This document shows, in pieces, positions 49,132 to 59,761 of a DNA stretch of 64,000 bases (the first letter of the stretch is position 1; every line of letters starts with the position of its first letter). This DNA is from an uncultured virus (IMG/VR IMGVR_UViG_3300022689_000310) (lineage: Duplodnaviria; Heunggongvirae; Uroviricota; Caudoviricetes): IMG/VR virus record IMGVR_UViG_3300022689_000310; one strand, 5' to 3'. Under the pieces are notes generated by a model. That model was given only the letters and a program-made list of their open reading frames with translations. It did no database searches and was not told where the DNA came from. The position numbers and the translations under genes were made by a program.

Positions 49132-51198
49132 TCAGTCTCCTATAGGATTTACTAAAGGTAAAGTTGGTATTTCAATAACTCCTCCTTCTTTTACTACTCT
49201 AATGGCAAGACTATCGCCATCTGCATCTCCTTCATTAGAAAATGCCATTGTCGCAACATTTAATGCTACTAGGAAAGGACTAACCATCTCATTACTTACA
49301 ACTTTAAGATGAGTAAAACTAGATACTGGTACTCTACTTATTGATCCTATATATAATGGTGCATCATTATCAATAATCCTCTTACCCTCTTTATTAATAG
49401 ATATTCTTAAAGTAGGATCTTTAATATTCATGAATTGTAAAGTCACAGGATGAATATGAATTTCATCTGTTCTTATAAATCCACAAGTAGTAGTTGCTAC
49501 TCTAGCCGTAAAATATACTTTCCTAGAACTACGAGTAACTTTCTTATATAATGCATCACTTATATTTATATATGTCTGTAATAGAAATTTTATATTAGTG
49601 ATTATTGTTATTACCTTAGTGGCCCAACTATCATCTCTATCTTCTAGAGGTATAGAAAATGCTTTGAAAAGACTTATAATTGAAAGTTTAATTCTCGAGT
49701 TACCATTCAAATACTGTGTAACTGTAGGAATATCTAATACTAATCTATTTATTTCACCTACCATAAAAGTTATAAAGTCTTTCTTCTTAAACATCTTATT
49801 TTGTTTTTGTAGACTAAATAAACCTTTAGTAGAGATAGAAGGAATATATAATGTATGTAATATATTGGCTTGTCTATATTTTAATAAACAGACTTTCATA
49901 TTAGTCTCTTTTATCAAAGTACCTTCATCAATGATTGAACTCTGTTCTAGTATTTCTTGACCCTCATTAAAACTTTCAATGACACATCTTTGAGTTCTCT
50001 CAACTCCGTCTGTATTTTCATTTTGGAAGTTCATTATGAACTCTCCATGTTTTTCAAAATCAATTCTTTGAGAAACATAACTATCACAATATGAATTTAC
50101 ACTTCCAAAGAATTGAGCTGTATATGGTGTTTCTATTTTTCCTGCACATATACCTATCACCGCCCGAGCATTATGATGTATAATTCTCTTTTCTTCATCA
50201 ATGAAAACCACTTCTTCATCATCAAAGATCAAATTCTTTTTAGTATTCTGATATAACCTTTTTAATATTGTGTAAAAAGTAGGTTCTAAATCCCATCTAT
50301 CAATAGTTACTCTTATCAAATTTTCTTCTATAGCTTTTACACCTTCATCTAAGTTTATAAAGAATCCATTACAGTTATATATAATAGGTTTCCCTTTTAG
50401 TGCACATTCTTCTGATACTAATGATAAAGCTGCATTCTTTGTTTTCGCCTCTTCAGTACTTAAGATTACTTGTAATTGTAAAAGTTCATTTGTCTTTGGA
50501 TCTCTTAATGGTCTAGAAGGATCAAATATTAGACCGTTAGGGTCTTTAGGATCACATCCCTCTAGATAGATAATCATATTATTACAAAGGTTTGTTAACC
50601 TTGATTTAATACTTGGAGCTCTTAGTTTTTCAGCCAAAGTATAAATCATTCCAGTAAATCTTAGATAAAGAGTACTCATATCTGTAAGGTCAGAGATTCT
50701 TTCGTCTACAGATTGTAATACACCTATCATCATATTATTCCATTTGCAGAGTACTTCTTCTATCTCTTTCCCATCAATTGTTGTCTTTAAAGAAACAATA
50801 GTATCTCCATAACTTAAGAATGACCCGACTGGAGCTATATAAATAGTAAATCCATCTCTTATAAGATCGGCATTAGTCAAAGGTAATTCACATCTTCTTA
50901 CTGTACTAAATGTATAAATATTCTTTGATTCTGGATGGACTGCTCCATTTCCACTTCCCATACATACTAAAGGACTATATACAATAGCTGTTGCTAATTT
51001 ATGACATTTATATGATAATGGCTCTTGATCTCTTGGTTGATATTGATATGATGAAGAACCAATTGAAGTTCTCCCTCCTTCCTCTATAGTTCTTTTAATT
51101 TCTTCAAGTTGATTATTATAATATTCCCTTGCAAGATCACCAGGAATTTTAGGATTATTCTTATTAAAAGTTTTAACCGTTTCTCCAATTCCAGTCAT
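49132..51198 (-). CDS. Two-barrel (DPBB) RNA polymerase catalytic subunit, beta/beta-prime-like fusion
   Basis: C-terminal RKVYFTARV, SISRVP and NEGDADGDSL (DxDGD at 49213-49227); N-terminal half with YGDTIVSLK, EKLRAPSIK and LQVILS in RpoB order. Confidence 0.75.
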   Translation of the reverse strand: MTGIGETVKTFNKNNPKIPGDLAREYYNNQLEEIKRTIEEGGRTSIGSSSYQYQPRDQEPLSYKCHKLATAIVYSPLVCMGSGNGAVHPESKNIYTFSTVRRCELPLTNADLIRDGFTIYIAPVGSFLSYGDTIVSLKTTIDGKEIEEVLCKWNNMMIGVLQSVDERISDLTDMSTLYLRFTGMIYTLAEKLRAPSIKSRLTNLCNNMIIYLEGCDPKDPNGLIFDPSRPLRDPKTNELLQLQVILSTEEAKTKNAALSLVSEECALKGKPIIYNCNGFFINLDEGVKAIEENLIRVTIDRWDLEPTFYTILKRLYQNTKKNLIFDDEEVVFIDEEKRIIHHNARAVIGICAGKIETPYTAQFFGSVNSYCDSYVSQRIDFEKHGEFIMNFQNENTDGVERTQRCVIESFNEGQEILEQSSIIDEGTLIKETNMKVCLLKYRQANILHTLYIPSISTKGLFSLQKQNKMFKKKDFITFMVGEINRLVLDIPTVTQYLNGNSRIKLSIISLFKAFSIPLEDRDDSWATKVITIITNIKFLLQTYINISDALYKKVTRSSRKVYFTARVATTTCGFIRTDEIHIHPVTLQFMNIKDPTLRISINKEGKRIIDNDAPLYIGSISRVPVSSFTHLKVVSNEMVSPFLVALNVATMAFSNEGDADGDSLAIRVVKEGGVIEIPTLPLVNPIGD

Positions 51199-51208
51199 AT
51201 ATATCTCC

Positions 51209-52597
51209 TTATCCTCTTAATTCTTTTTCTTTATTTCTTATTCTTTCGAATAGATTTCTAACCTTTTCATTCCTTAAGTCTATAAGGTTTTCTATTTTAC
51301 TTATTACTGTTCCTGTATGTATTGTTACTAAACTAAATCTAGCTGCATATTTAGCTGGTTTATCACTCTCCAAACCACTTACTTCTGTAAATACATCAAA
51401 TAAACTATATTTACCCTCCTTTACCTTTTGACTTACTATTTCATATATTTCATCTAAATACTTAAGGTATTGAGGGTATTTAGAAATACACTTTCCTAAA
51501 GTTAAATGATCATATTTTTCTCCAAACTCTTGTTTTAATACCGCATTAAACTCTTTATATTTATTAACTATTATATATTTTGTTACTTCAGTTTTAGGTA
51601 CAAGAGATAATTCTGCTATCGGATTTACTACTACATATTTACCACTTTTATCAATTAGTGTTGATACACATAATTTATTTCTATATTTTTCCGCTATATA
51701 CGGAATCATATCCTTTGAACCTTTAGAAAAAGTTAAGAATAAGTTTTTTTCATATATTGATATACAAGCTACTTTATGCCCTTTATGATGTTCTACTACA
51801 GGATCAGAAATACCTATAGTAGTTCTATCTTGTCTCATTAGATCTAAATTATATCTAATTGTAGAAAGCCCTTCTCTACTGATACTATTTGGTATCGCCG
51901 AACATAAAAACATTAGTAATATTTTATGTATATTTGGATATATCTTATCAAATACACCATAATATTTCTTAAGTTTTATCTTATCAATATCACTCCTATT
52001 AATCTCTTCATTTATATATAATTCCCAGGTTTTCTCCTTATCTAAATATTGTAAGTAAAAACTAGTTCCTCTATTACCAGTAGTTATTTTCTTAAAACTA
52101 CTATCACGAATATTTATATCTTTTGCATTTAGTAAGTTTATATATAAATATACATCTTTAATATTTATATCTGCTTCATAAGCTCTATCTAATATTAAAC
52201 TATTAATAGGTATACAAATATAATCTTCTCTCATACTAGCGCTAACTTTATTTATATTTGAAAAGAGAAGATATTTACTATATTTATTAGGTTTATCTGG
52301 ACAATGATTTTTTAACCAACTTTTATCCCTTGAAGATACACCTTGATAAAACACTTCTTGTTTTTGAATAGCCTCTATCATTACATCTGGTATAAGTCCC
52401 ACTATACAATAATAACAGTATCTGGACCTATCATAGATAGAAGCGGTGTTCTTAATATAAGCCTCTAGAAAGTCAAGTTCTACTTTTGATATACCCCTTT
52501 TTAATTCATTTTTTAATCTACTGAAATTTAATTTATTATTCCAATCTTCTTGTAATACAAATCTTTTACTCATATCCTCCTCTTCCTTTACTAACAA
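51209..52597 (-). CDS. Hypothetical, possible RNA polymerase partner subunit
   Basis: 462 aa immediately upstream of the RNAP-like gene; the true start may be the internal Met after a GAGGAGG RBS. Confidence 0.55.
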   Translation of the reverse strand: MLVKEEEDMSKRFVLQEDWNNKLNFSRLKNELKRGISKVELDFLEAYIKNTASIYDRSRYCYYCIVGLIPDVMIEAIQKQEVFYQGVSSRDKSWLKNHCPDKPNKYSKYLLFSNINKVSASMREDYICIPINSLILDRAYEADINIKDVYLYINLLNAKDINIRDSSFKKITTGNRGTSFYLQYLDKEKTWELYINEEINRSDIDKIKLKKYYGVFDKIYPNIHKILLMFLCSAIPNSISREGLSTIRYNLDLMRQDRTTIGISDPVVEHHKGHKVACISIYEKNLFLTFSKGSKDMIPYIAEKYRNKLCVSTLIDKSGKYVVVNPIAELSLVPKTEVTKYIIVNKYKEFNAVLKQEFGEKYDHLTLGKCISKYPQYLKYLDEIYEIVSQKVKEGKYSLFDVFTEVSGLESDKPAKYAARFSLVTIHTGTVISKIENLIDLRNEKVRNLFERIRNKEKELRG

Positions 52598-53202
52598 TAA
52601 CCTTTATCAAAACATTCCATGAACTTATCTAAGTTCAATCTCATGTACATACCATCTCTAAAATCTGTTTTATAAATATATAATTCAGTTCCTTCATCAT
52701 ATACTTCTACACTGATAGGTTCAGTAATAATATAATTTTGTATATAATTGTATCTATTCTTATTTTTTAATACTTTCGAATAACATTCATCCGAATATAT
52801 TGGTGTTCTACTATATTCAATGACTAACTGACATTTTCTTTTACGCTCTTTGATTTCTTCTTTTAGTTGATTAATAACATCTATATTATAAGGATCTCTT
52901 ATTATTAAAGTTATATTTATACCAAACCATTCTTCTTTATCTATATTTCTATCAACTTGAATAAAACTATGATTCCTAATTCTATATACTTTCCCCATAT
53001 ACATGAAAAAAGAAGGCAAACCATTAATACTATAAAAATGGTCTACCTTCTGTATCTTAGCTCTATATTCTATTTTTTTCGAACTAGATGTATATTTTTC
53101 TGTTAATAGAATATCACTTGATTTATTACTAAATCCTTCTATTTCATAGATGAATAATATGCTACCTCCATTATAACTTCTTTCTCCTAACAAACTTTTC
53201 AC
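52591..53202 (-). CDS. Hypothetical protein
   Basis: 203 aa, GTG start with AGGAG RBS. Confidence 0.6.
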   Translation of the reverse strand: MKSLLGERSYNGGSILFIYEIEGFSNKSSDILLTEKYTSSSKKIEYRAKIQKVDHFYSINGLPSFFMYMGKVYRIRNHSFIQVDRNIDKEEWFGINITLIIRDPYNIDVINQLKEEIKERKRKCQLVIEYSRTPIYSDECYSKVLKNKNRYNYIQNYIITEPISVEVYDEGTELYIYKTDFRDGMYMRLNLDKFMECFDKGYC

Positions 53203-53209
53203 CTCCTTT

Positions 53210-54487
53210 TTAATCTTTATTTTCCATTATATATCTTTCTAATATTTCTAATTTATCCTCATCTTCCATAATAAAGTTTTGTTGTTCTTCCATATATATA
53301 TCATATGGAGTTATTAATAAATTCCCTTCTAAATAATTTTCTATTTCTTTAGGATATTTACTTAACTTATATATATATACTTTATATTCAACTCCCATTT
53401 TTAATAACTTATACTCTATCTTTTTATCTACTATTAATTTATTTGTACGTAAATATTCTTTTATATCATCTATATCTAAAGTATCTATACTTATGTTTCC
53501 TTTATCTTTTGCATTATTCCTCATTATTTCAGCTTCATTTATTAGATGTTTAGGAGATTTATATATACGTTCTAGTTTTGTTAAGTTAATTCCTTGAGTA
53601 GCTATCTCTTGATCTTGATTCTCATCATATGGTATAGGCTTTCTATATATATCATCTTTCCTTTTATCTACTTCTCCTATATATTCTTTTAACCTTTTAT
53701 AAGGCTCTTCTCCTATTTCCTTTATTATTAAATCTTCTTCATCTACTTCTCTATGAGTTAATATATTAATTACATCTCTAATACCTCCAGGTAAAAGTAA
53801 ATCCATTATACTGGGAGATATATCACCATTAGAGAAATCCGGTCGATTTGTACTAAATAGTACTTTTGTAATTTCATCTTCCAAATATACCACCTTCTTT
53901 TCTTTAGTTCTTAAATATTCTATTAAACTTTCTTTTATTCTCCTTTTATAAGGAAAATAAATACTAAAATAAGAATAACCTTTAGATATATTTATATTAT
54001 TAAAATATTGATCTGTAACTATAAAATCTCTTAGTTCTAATTTACCTACTCTTTCTTTATCAAAAGTTTTTATACAATAAACTTCACCTCCTTCTATAAA
54101 ATTATTTAACTGAAAAATAAAAAAGTTTAGATATTTAATTAAATTATATGTTCCCTTTATGTTTATTTCAAATAATGCCCTCTCTCCTTTTCTAATATAA
54201 TTACAATTTATTGGTAAACATATTCTAATGTATTCTTTAACTCTTTCAGCTTTATTAATATCATAAGTTAAAAATATTCTATATATACTTTCTAATCCTT
54301 TCTTTGATCTATATAAATATGAATATATCTTATCATTAATCTTATAGTGTAAAGATTCAGGGTATCCTTCTATTAAATTATTTATATCATCTATATTTAT
54401 ATAGTTATCACTATATTTTCTTCTTAATAAATTATCTTCATTTATACTTCCTCTTGCGGAATAAGTTATCAAGATGAAATTTTCCAT
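53210..54487 (-). CDS. Hypothetical protein
   Basis: 425-aa ORF. Confidence 0.65.
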   Translation of the reverse strand: MENFILITYSARGSINEDNLLRRKYSDNYINIDDINNLIEGYPESLHYKINDKIYSYLYRSKKGLESIYRIFLTYDINKAERVKEYIRICLPINCNYIRKGERALFEINIKGTYNLIKYLNFFIFQLNNFIEGGEVYCIKTFDKERVGKLELRDFIVTDQYFNNINISKGYSYFSIYFPYKRRIKESLIEYLRTKEKKVVYLEDEITKVLFSTNRPDFSNGDISPSIMDLLLPGGIRDVINILTHREVDEEDLIIKEIGEEPYKRLKEYIGEVDKRKDDIYRKPIPYDENQDQEIATQGINLTKLERIYKSPKHLINEAEIMRNNAKDKGNISIDTLDIDDIKEYLRTNKLIVDKKIEYKLLKMGVEYKVYIYKLSKYPKEIENYLEGNLLITPYDIYMEEQQNFIMEDEDKLEILERYIMENKD

Positions 54488-54527
54488 TAACCGACCCCTT
54501 GCTTATTTTGTCTTTAATACATATATA

Positions 54528-55037
54528 TCAAGATAAATTTAATAATTTATTTCCTTCACATATATATACATCTATTTTATTAAATATATCTTCATTCTTT
54601 TTTATAAGTTCCAATTCTCTACTATTACTATCTACTATTACTAAATTTACTCTCTTCTTATTATCTTTAAAACATAAAGAGTATAAAAAAGAACATAAAT
54701 AATTGATAACCTCATATTCATGTTTTAATTTATACTCTTCAGGAATTAATTTTAATACTTCACTTATTTCAGTCTTTCTTTTTTTAGAATTATTCTTTTT
54801 TATACTATTTGCTTTTTTACTCTTATAGCTTGCATCTCCTCTATACATTTCTATAATCGTATTATTTCCTAATAACTTGAATTTATCTAAATAATTTATA
54901 ATAGTATCTTTATTTTCATTTAATATATCTAATCTTAATACTTTCAGGGGTCTATTTATTTTATTTAATAAGTCTCTAAATAGAACTTTAATATTCTTAT
55001 TATGGCTATATATACTTACTATAAGATCTTCTCTCAT
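54528..55037 (-). CDS. Hypothetical protein
   Basis: 169-aa ORF. Confidence 0.55.
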   Translation of the reverse strand: MREDLIVSIYSHNKNIKVLFRDLLNKINRPLKVLRLDILNENKDTIINYLDKFKLLGNNTIIEMYRGDASYKSKKANSIKKNNSKKRKTEISEVLKLIPEEYKLKHEYEVINYLCSFLYSLCFKDNKKRVNLVIVDSNSRELELIKKNEDIFNKIDVYICEGNKLLNLS

Positions 55038-55043
55038 TCTTTA

Positions 55044-55895
55044 TTACTTTAATTTATCTCTTATACTATTTACAGTTTCTAAATTTGTTATTGTTTCTGT
55101 TAGATATGGTTTTATTTTACTATATGTTATCTCTTTATCTTTTCTTCTTATAAGATCACGTCTTATTAAATTATCATTTTTATTTACTATTAATTCATTT
55201 TTCTTTGCATTGAATTCATTATAAATCTCGTCTAAGTTGCATTCTAAAATTTCTAATATATAACTTTTTCTATCTATATCATTAGTATCATTGAAATAAT
55301 TATATAGACCCCATTTCAAATAGAAAGTTAAATATTCCTCTTTATATATTCTTATATCCTTTTCAAGTTTTGAGATTAAAATATTTCTTTTCTCATCGTT
55401 ATCTAAACTCAAACCGAATCTACTATATATTAGATCATCTCTATTCTTTATAAACTCAAACTTTTTTACTAATATCGGCCATATATACTTTTCATTTATC
55501 TTTACTCTATTATTTAGATAAGGTAATAATAAATTGAAATAATTATCTGAGAATAAATCTGTATTACAACTTATTCCTAGAGACCTACATATTTTTCTTA
55601 TTAATTTATCTTCTACTTCCTTATTATGTCCTACCATCTTTTCAATAACTTTAGGTAAACAATATTTTATATTTATACCCTGTCCTATTTCATTACCATA
55701 TAATTTTACTTTTAATTTATATATATAAGGTAGACTTATTATTTTTCCATGATTTAATAAAGTCTCTTCCCTTTGTTGTATTATTATTAATATTCTATTG
55801 TCTCTAGTTTTTATTGAAATTCTTCTTTGAGGACTTCTATAAACATTATTATATGATTTTACTGTTACTTCATTAGATATTACCTCTTCAAGCAT
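55044..55895 (-). CDS. Hypothetical protein
   Basis: 283 aa, GGAGGG RBS. Confidence 0.65.
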   Translation of the reverse strand: MLEEVISNEVTVKSYNNVYRSPQRRISIKTRDNRILIIIQQREETLLNHGKIISLPYIYKLKVKLYGNEIGQGINIKYCLPKVIEKMVGHNKEVEDKLIRKICRSLGISCNTDLFSDNYFNLLLPYLNNRVKINEKYIWPILVKKFEFIKNRDDLIYSRFGLSLDNDEKRNILISKLEKDIRIYKEEYLTFYLKWGLYNYFNDTNDIDRKSYILEILECNLDEIYNEFNAKKNELIVNKNDNLIRRDLIRRKDKEITYSKIKPYLTETITNLETVNSIRDKLK

Positions 55896-55930
55896 GTATC
55901 ATCCCTCCTATATCTAAAACATCTTTTATT

Positions 55931-56626
55931 TTATTTTAAAGGTATAAGTCTCATTTCATCTAAGTTAAAACTTTTTACAGTCGAATTCTCATTTACTAAT
56001 ACGTTTTTACTTTCTATATTGTTTCTCTTTCTCCAAGCTATAAACTTTTCGTTAGAGATATATTTATGTTTACATATACTTCCTTTTAACTCATTTGTTA
56101 GATCTGTTAATTCCTTCTGGCTTAAATCCCAATCTAATAATTCTTTTATTGATACTTTTACTACCTTCCATATTGTCATATTATTTGCAGATGAAGTTAT
56201 TACTCTTACTATCTTTCCATCATATATTTCTCTTCTAAAATCACATGTACATCCTCCCCCGTATCTCATTCTATGAGTATATATATTTGGACATAATACT
56301 CCTATTACTTCTGATTCTTTCTTATTTATATACATAAATCCTTTGTACTTAATAGGGTCAGTAGTTTTACCTTTTATTGTCTCTTCTAGAATTATATTTA
56401 TGTTTAATCTTTTTTTATTTCTTTCAAGAAAATATGTGTCATTAAATATTAATCTATAACTATTTACTTTTGTATCTAAAGGTTTATTAATATAAATCTT
56501 AATCTCATTACCTAATTTATTCCATTTACTTAATGAATTTAAATTCGTCTTACTTATGTTTACTGTTAGTATTTGTTTATCGTTTACCCAATCAAATTTT
56601 ATCTTTCTATTGTCATAGATAATCAT
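55931..56626 (-). CDS. SWIM-type zinc-finger protein
   Basis: CTCDF ... ICKH (CxC-n-CxH) with a long spacer. Confidence 0.6.
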   Translation of the reverse strand: MIIYDNRKIKFDWVNDKQILTVNISKTNLNSLSKWNKLGNEIKIYINKPLDTKVNSYRLIFNDTYFLERNKKRLNINIILEETIKGKTTDPIKYKGFMYINKKESEVIGVLCPNIYTHRMRYGGGCTCDFRREIYDGKIVRVITSSANNMTIWKVVKVSIKELLDWDLSQKELTDLTNELKGSICKHKYISNEKFIAWRKRNNIESKNVLVNENSTVKSFNLDEMRLIPLK

Positions 56627-56656
56627 TACTTCAATCTCCTTACCTCTATTATGTTC

Positions 56657-57499
56657 TTATTTCTTATTTGATTCCCTAATACTTATTAGATCTTCTATAA
56701 GAACTTTACCATTTTCTATGGTCTCTCCGAATAGAGGAGCTGCTCCCTCTAAATATATCTTTAGTAAATTGAATTGATTATTAAAACAATAATATTCTCT
56801 ATCTTTTACATAAAAATTACCTGTTCCTTTCTTATCTATAATAGTTCTACCTACATCTAGGATCTTTCCATCTATTAATAAATTATCTGAACTAAAAGAC
56901 CCATGACATATTCTATTCTCTAATATCTTCTCTATACTTTCTAACCATTTATTTATTAATATCTTGTAACATTTATATATATTTTCCTCATCGTATATTA
57001 TTTTAATACATTTTCTTATACTATCTCTCTCTACCTCTGTACCTACCATTACATATTTATGTAACATTCCTAATCTTATCCAAGTTTTATTACTCCTTAT
57101 TAAACCTTTCTTTCTATTTTCTTTATTCCGTATATATCCTAATATATTTACCGTTTGTATTCCTATATTACTTAGATAGTACGATAACATTTCCTCATAA
57201 CATAATTCTTTTTGAGTTATATATCCATCTAAATTCTCTTGAGTATATCTTGTAATTCCTATACCTTTTATATTAATTAAAAAATCATCCACTTTAAATT
57301 GTCCCGATCTCCCATCTCCTAATTTTTCATTGAAAGCTCCAAATTGATATCCTCCATAATCATAACTATAAACTTTAATTATATTTATATTTTCTAATTT
57401 ATCTCTGACAGTATTATCTCTATTTATCTCTATGTTATATTTATTTAAATCTAAATCTCGACAAGAATATAAAGAAGGTTCTAAGAGTTCTATTTCCAT
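56657..57499 (-). CDS. SelO/YdiU-family protein AMPylase (compact)
   Basis: YGGYQFG..LGDGR, IKGIGITRY, WIRLG and HGSFSSDN..ILDVG match SelO motifs in order. Confidence 0.85.
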   Translation of the reverse strand: MEIELLEPSLYSCRDLDLNKYNIEINRDNTVRDKLENINIIKVYSYDYGGYQFGAFNEKLGDGRSGQFKVDDFLINIKGIGITRYTQENLDGYITQKELCYEEMLSYYLSNIGIQTVNILGYIRNKENRKKGLIRSNKTWIRLGMLHKYVMVGTEVERDSIRKCIKIIYDEENIYKCYKILINKWLESIEKILENRICHGSFSSDNLLIDGKILDVGRTIIDKKGTGNFYVKDREYYCFNNQFNLLKIYLEGAAPLFGETIENGKVLIEDLISIRESNKK

Positions 57500-57510
57500 T
57501 TGATATACCT

Positions 57511-58497
57511 TTAAAATATTATATTAACATCATCAAATGTATCTTTATCTATTAAATCTATCTCCTCTTTATCTTCTGAAGCATCTCTAAATGGTTTATA
57601 ATTTACTTCTTTTACGTCTTGAATTTTTTTATTATCTTCAACTAAACTTTTATTTATTATATTTATATTTATAGTCAATTTTATATTTCTTGAACCCACT
57701 TCAATATTCTTTATTTTATCTATAATAGATTCTAAAGTTATATCTAATATACCATTATCTATTTGACTTTTTTCTATTGGTGTAATTTTATCATTAAATA
57801 TATTTGTTAAAGCTATAGTAAGAGGATTTTCATTATTTCCTTCATTATAACTATTACCCGTTTCATCACTTTTATATATAGATCTAAATTCTTTAGATGT
57901 AATATTTGTAATTTCTTGTAAAATAAATTCTTTAAAGCCCTTTTTATTTGCATCTATAAATATAAGGGGGTCTAATATACTTTCATAAAATTCTTCATGT
58001 TTATTCTTATATCTCTCCATTAAATAATTACATAAACACCAAAATATATAATCTTCATTACTTAATGTTTTCTTTTTACTCTCATACTCAATTAAATTAA
58101 GAAAATATATTGGAAATACATCTTCTTTAGTTTTTAATAGAGTGCTATATCTTCTTCTATCTTTCTTCATATCTGTTATCATCTTTATAAATTCTTCTCC
58201 ACACCTATATCTATATTGATAATAACTATTACAAATATTAACTAGACCTAACTTATTTATACTTCTATCTCTATATTTTCTTTTATTTCCTATACTGTCT
58301 ATAAACTTCATTATATTCTCAGCTTTATGTATAATATTACCTACCTGATTACTTTTTAATACTTCCCTTGCACTAGAAGTATTAATATATATATCTTTAT
58401 CAAGACAATGAATCAAAAGTTTTATGACTTTATTAACACCTTTTCCCCTAATATTATCTAAACATCCAGAGATTTCTAAATCTTCTTTATTTAACAT
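57511..58497 (-). CDS. Hypothetical protein
   Basis: 328 aa, AGGAG RBS. Confidence 0.65.
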   Translation of the reverse strand: MLNKEDLEISGCLDNIRGKGVNKVIKLLIHCLDKDIYINTSSAREVLKSNQVGNIIHKAENIMKFIDSIGNKRKYRDRSINKLGLVNICNSYYQYRYRCGEEFIKMITDMKKDRRRYSTLLKTKEDVFPIYFLNLIEYESKKKTLSNEDYIFWCLCNYLMERYKNKHEEFYESILDPLIFIDANKKGFKEFILQEITNITSKEFRSIYKSDETGNSYNEGNNENPLTIALTNIFNDKITPIEKSQIDNGILDITLESIIDKIKNIEVGSRNIKLTININIINKSLVEDNKKIQDVKEVNYKPFRDASEDKEEIDLIDKDTFDDVNIIF

Positions 58498-58513
58498 TTA
58501 TCTTCTCCTATTA

Positions 58514-58819
58514 TTAAACTTCAATCAAGTCTATACCTTTATATTTTTCCTTTACTTCTCTTATTATATTTCTTACCTTTATATCTATTGATTTACTTTC
58601 ATCTAAAGATATTCTTTCTACTTTAAATACTTTGTTAGAATTATAATCTATTCCTAACTTTTCTAAATTTCTTACTATAATTTTATATACTAGACAATTA
58701 TCTAAATCTACTAAAACTCCTAAATATATGTAACACTTTTCTTCTTTATTCCTCTTACATCTTTTTATCTTTTTTTTACATTCTTTATTTAATTTGATTA
58801 ACTGTTTTGTGTAAACCAT
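58514..58819 (-). CDS. Hypothetical basic protein
   Basis: 101-aa ORF. Confidence 0.55.
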   Translation of the reverse strand: MVYTKQLIKLNKECKKKIKRCKRNKEEKCYIYLGVLVDLDNCLVYKIIVRNLEKLGIDYNSNKVFKVERISLDESKSIDIKVRNIIREVKEKYKGIDLIEV

Positions 58820-58852
58820 TTTCTATATCTATAATTAACTTCACATAATTAA

Positions 58853-58875
58853 ACCCCACTTATTTTAGTTGGGGT
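58853..58875. terminator. Hairpin, possible terminator
   Basis: ACCCCA ... TGGGGT stem in an intergenic gap. Confidence 0.45.
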
Positions 58876-58893
58876 CTTTCTTTATATATATAT

Positions 58894-59292
58894 TTATAAC
58901 TGTTCTAAATCTGGTAATCCTTTTATACAATCTTTATATCTTCTAGCTAAATTATATAAATTACTTATTGTTTCTAAATTTTCTGTTAACTTTATTCTTT
59001 CTTGACGATTTAATACTATATCTTCCTTTTCTATCAAAGATCTTCTGATCTCTACTTGAACATTTATTAAATCATCTTTACTCTTTGTTAATGCAGTACT
59101 TTTCTTTTTTTCTATAGATTTAATCTTCTTATTAAATTCATTATCTACTTCATCTATTTGAGTTAGAATTTTATTTATTATCTCTATTATAAAACCTGAA
59201 TAAATACTATATTCTATATACCCATTAATAAAGTTTTCTTTATATTCAATTAATTGAGATCTAACTTTTAATGTTTCTAATTCTAAATCCAT
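58894..59292 (-). CDS. Hypothetical coiled-coil protein
   Basis: 132 aa, helical. Confidence 0.6.
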   Translation of the reverse strand: MDLELETLKVRSQLIEYKENFINGYIEYSIYSGFIIEIINKILTQIDEVDNEFNKKIKSIEKKKSTALTKSKDDLINVQVEIRRSLIEKEDIVLNRQERIKLTENLETISNLYNLARRYKDCIKGLPDLEQL

Positions 59293-59301
59293 TATTTACC
59301 T

Positions 59302-59751
59302 TTATCTATTTTTATCTCTTTCTCTAGCTTCTTCTAAAGCTTTCTTTACTCTAGGATTATTTCTAAATTTTGATCTAGCTACATGATCCAATACTCTTCT
59401 TGCTGATATATCATTACTATTATGTCTTAATTTAATAGCATTTAAAGCAGACTTTACATCAAATACTGGAAATTTATCCCCATCTATACCATATTCATCT
59501 CTTGCTTCTGCTGTTACATTTCCTTTCTTTGTCCTATAAGATAACTTTGTTACTGATAAATTATTACTATTCGGTGATAACGATTCTTCTACTCTTTGAC
59601 TTATTCTAGATACTCTTCTAGTTACTCCACCCTTTTTTAAGTTTAAATTATTCCCCGAATTATAACTTGATGGTGGTCTAGAAGATTTCGAATTTACATT
59701 ATTTATTACTTGATGTAATTTTTCTTTATTTAAACTATTTGTTTTAACCAT
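59302..59751 (-). CDS. Basic S/R/N-rich protein
   Basis: 149 aa, disordered basic N-terminal half and small C-terminal domain (KFPVFDVKSALNAIKLRH). Confidence 0.6.
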   Translation of the reverse strand: MVKTNSLNKEKLHQVINNVNSKSSRPPSSYNSGNNLNLKKGGVTRRVSRISQRVEESLSPNSNNLSVTKLSYRTKKGNVTAEARDEYGIDGDKFPVFDVKSALNAIKLRHNSNDISARRVLDHVARSKFRNNPRVKKALEEARERDKNR

Positions 59752-59761
59752 AATTAAATAT

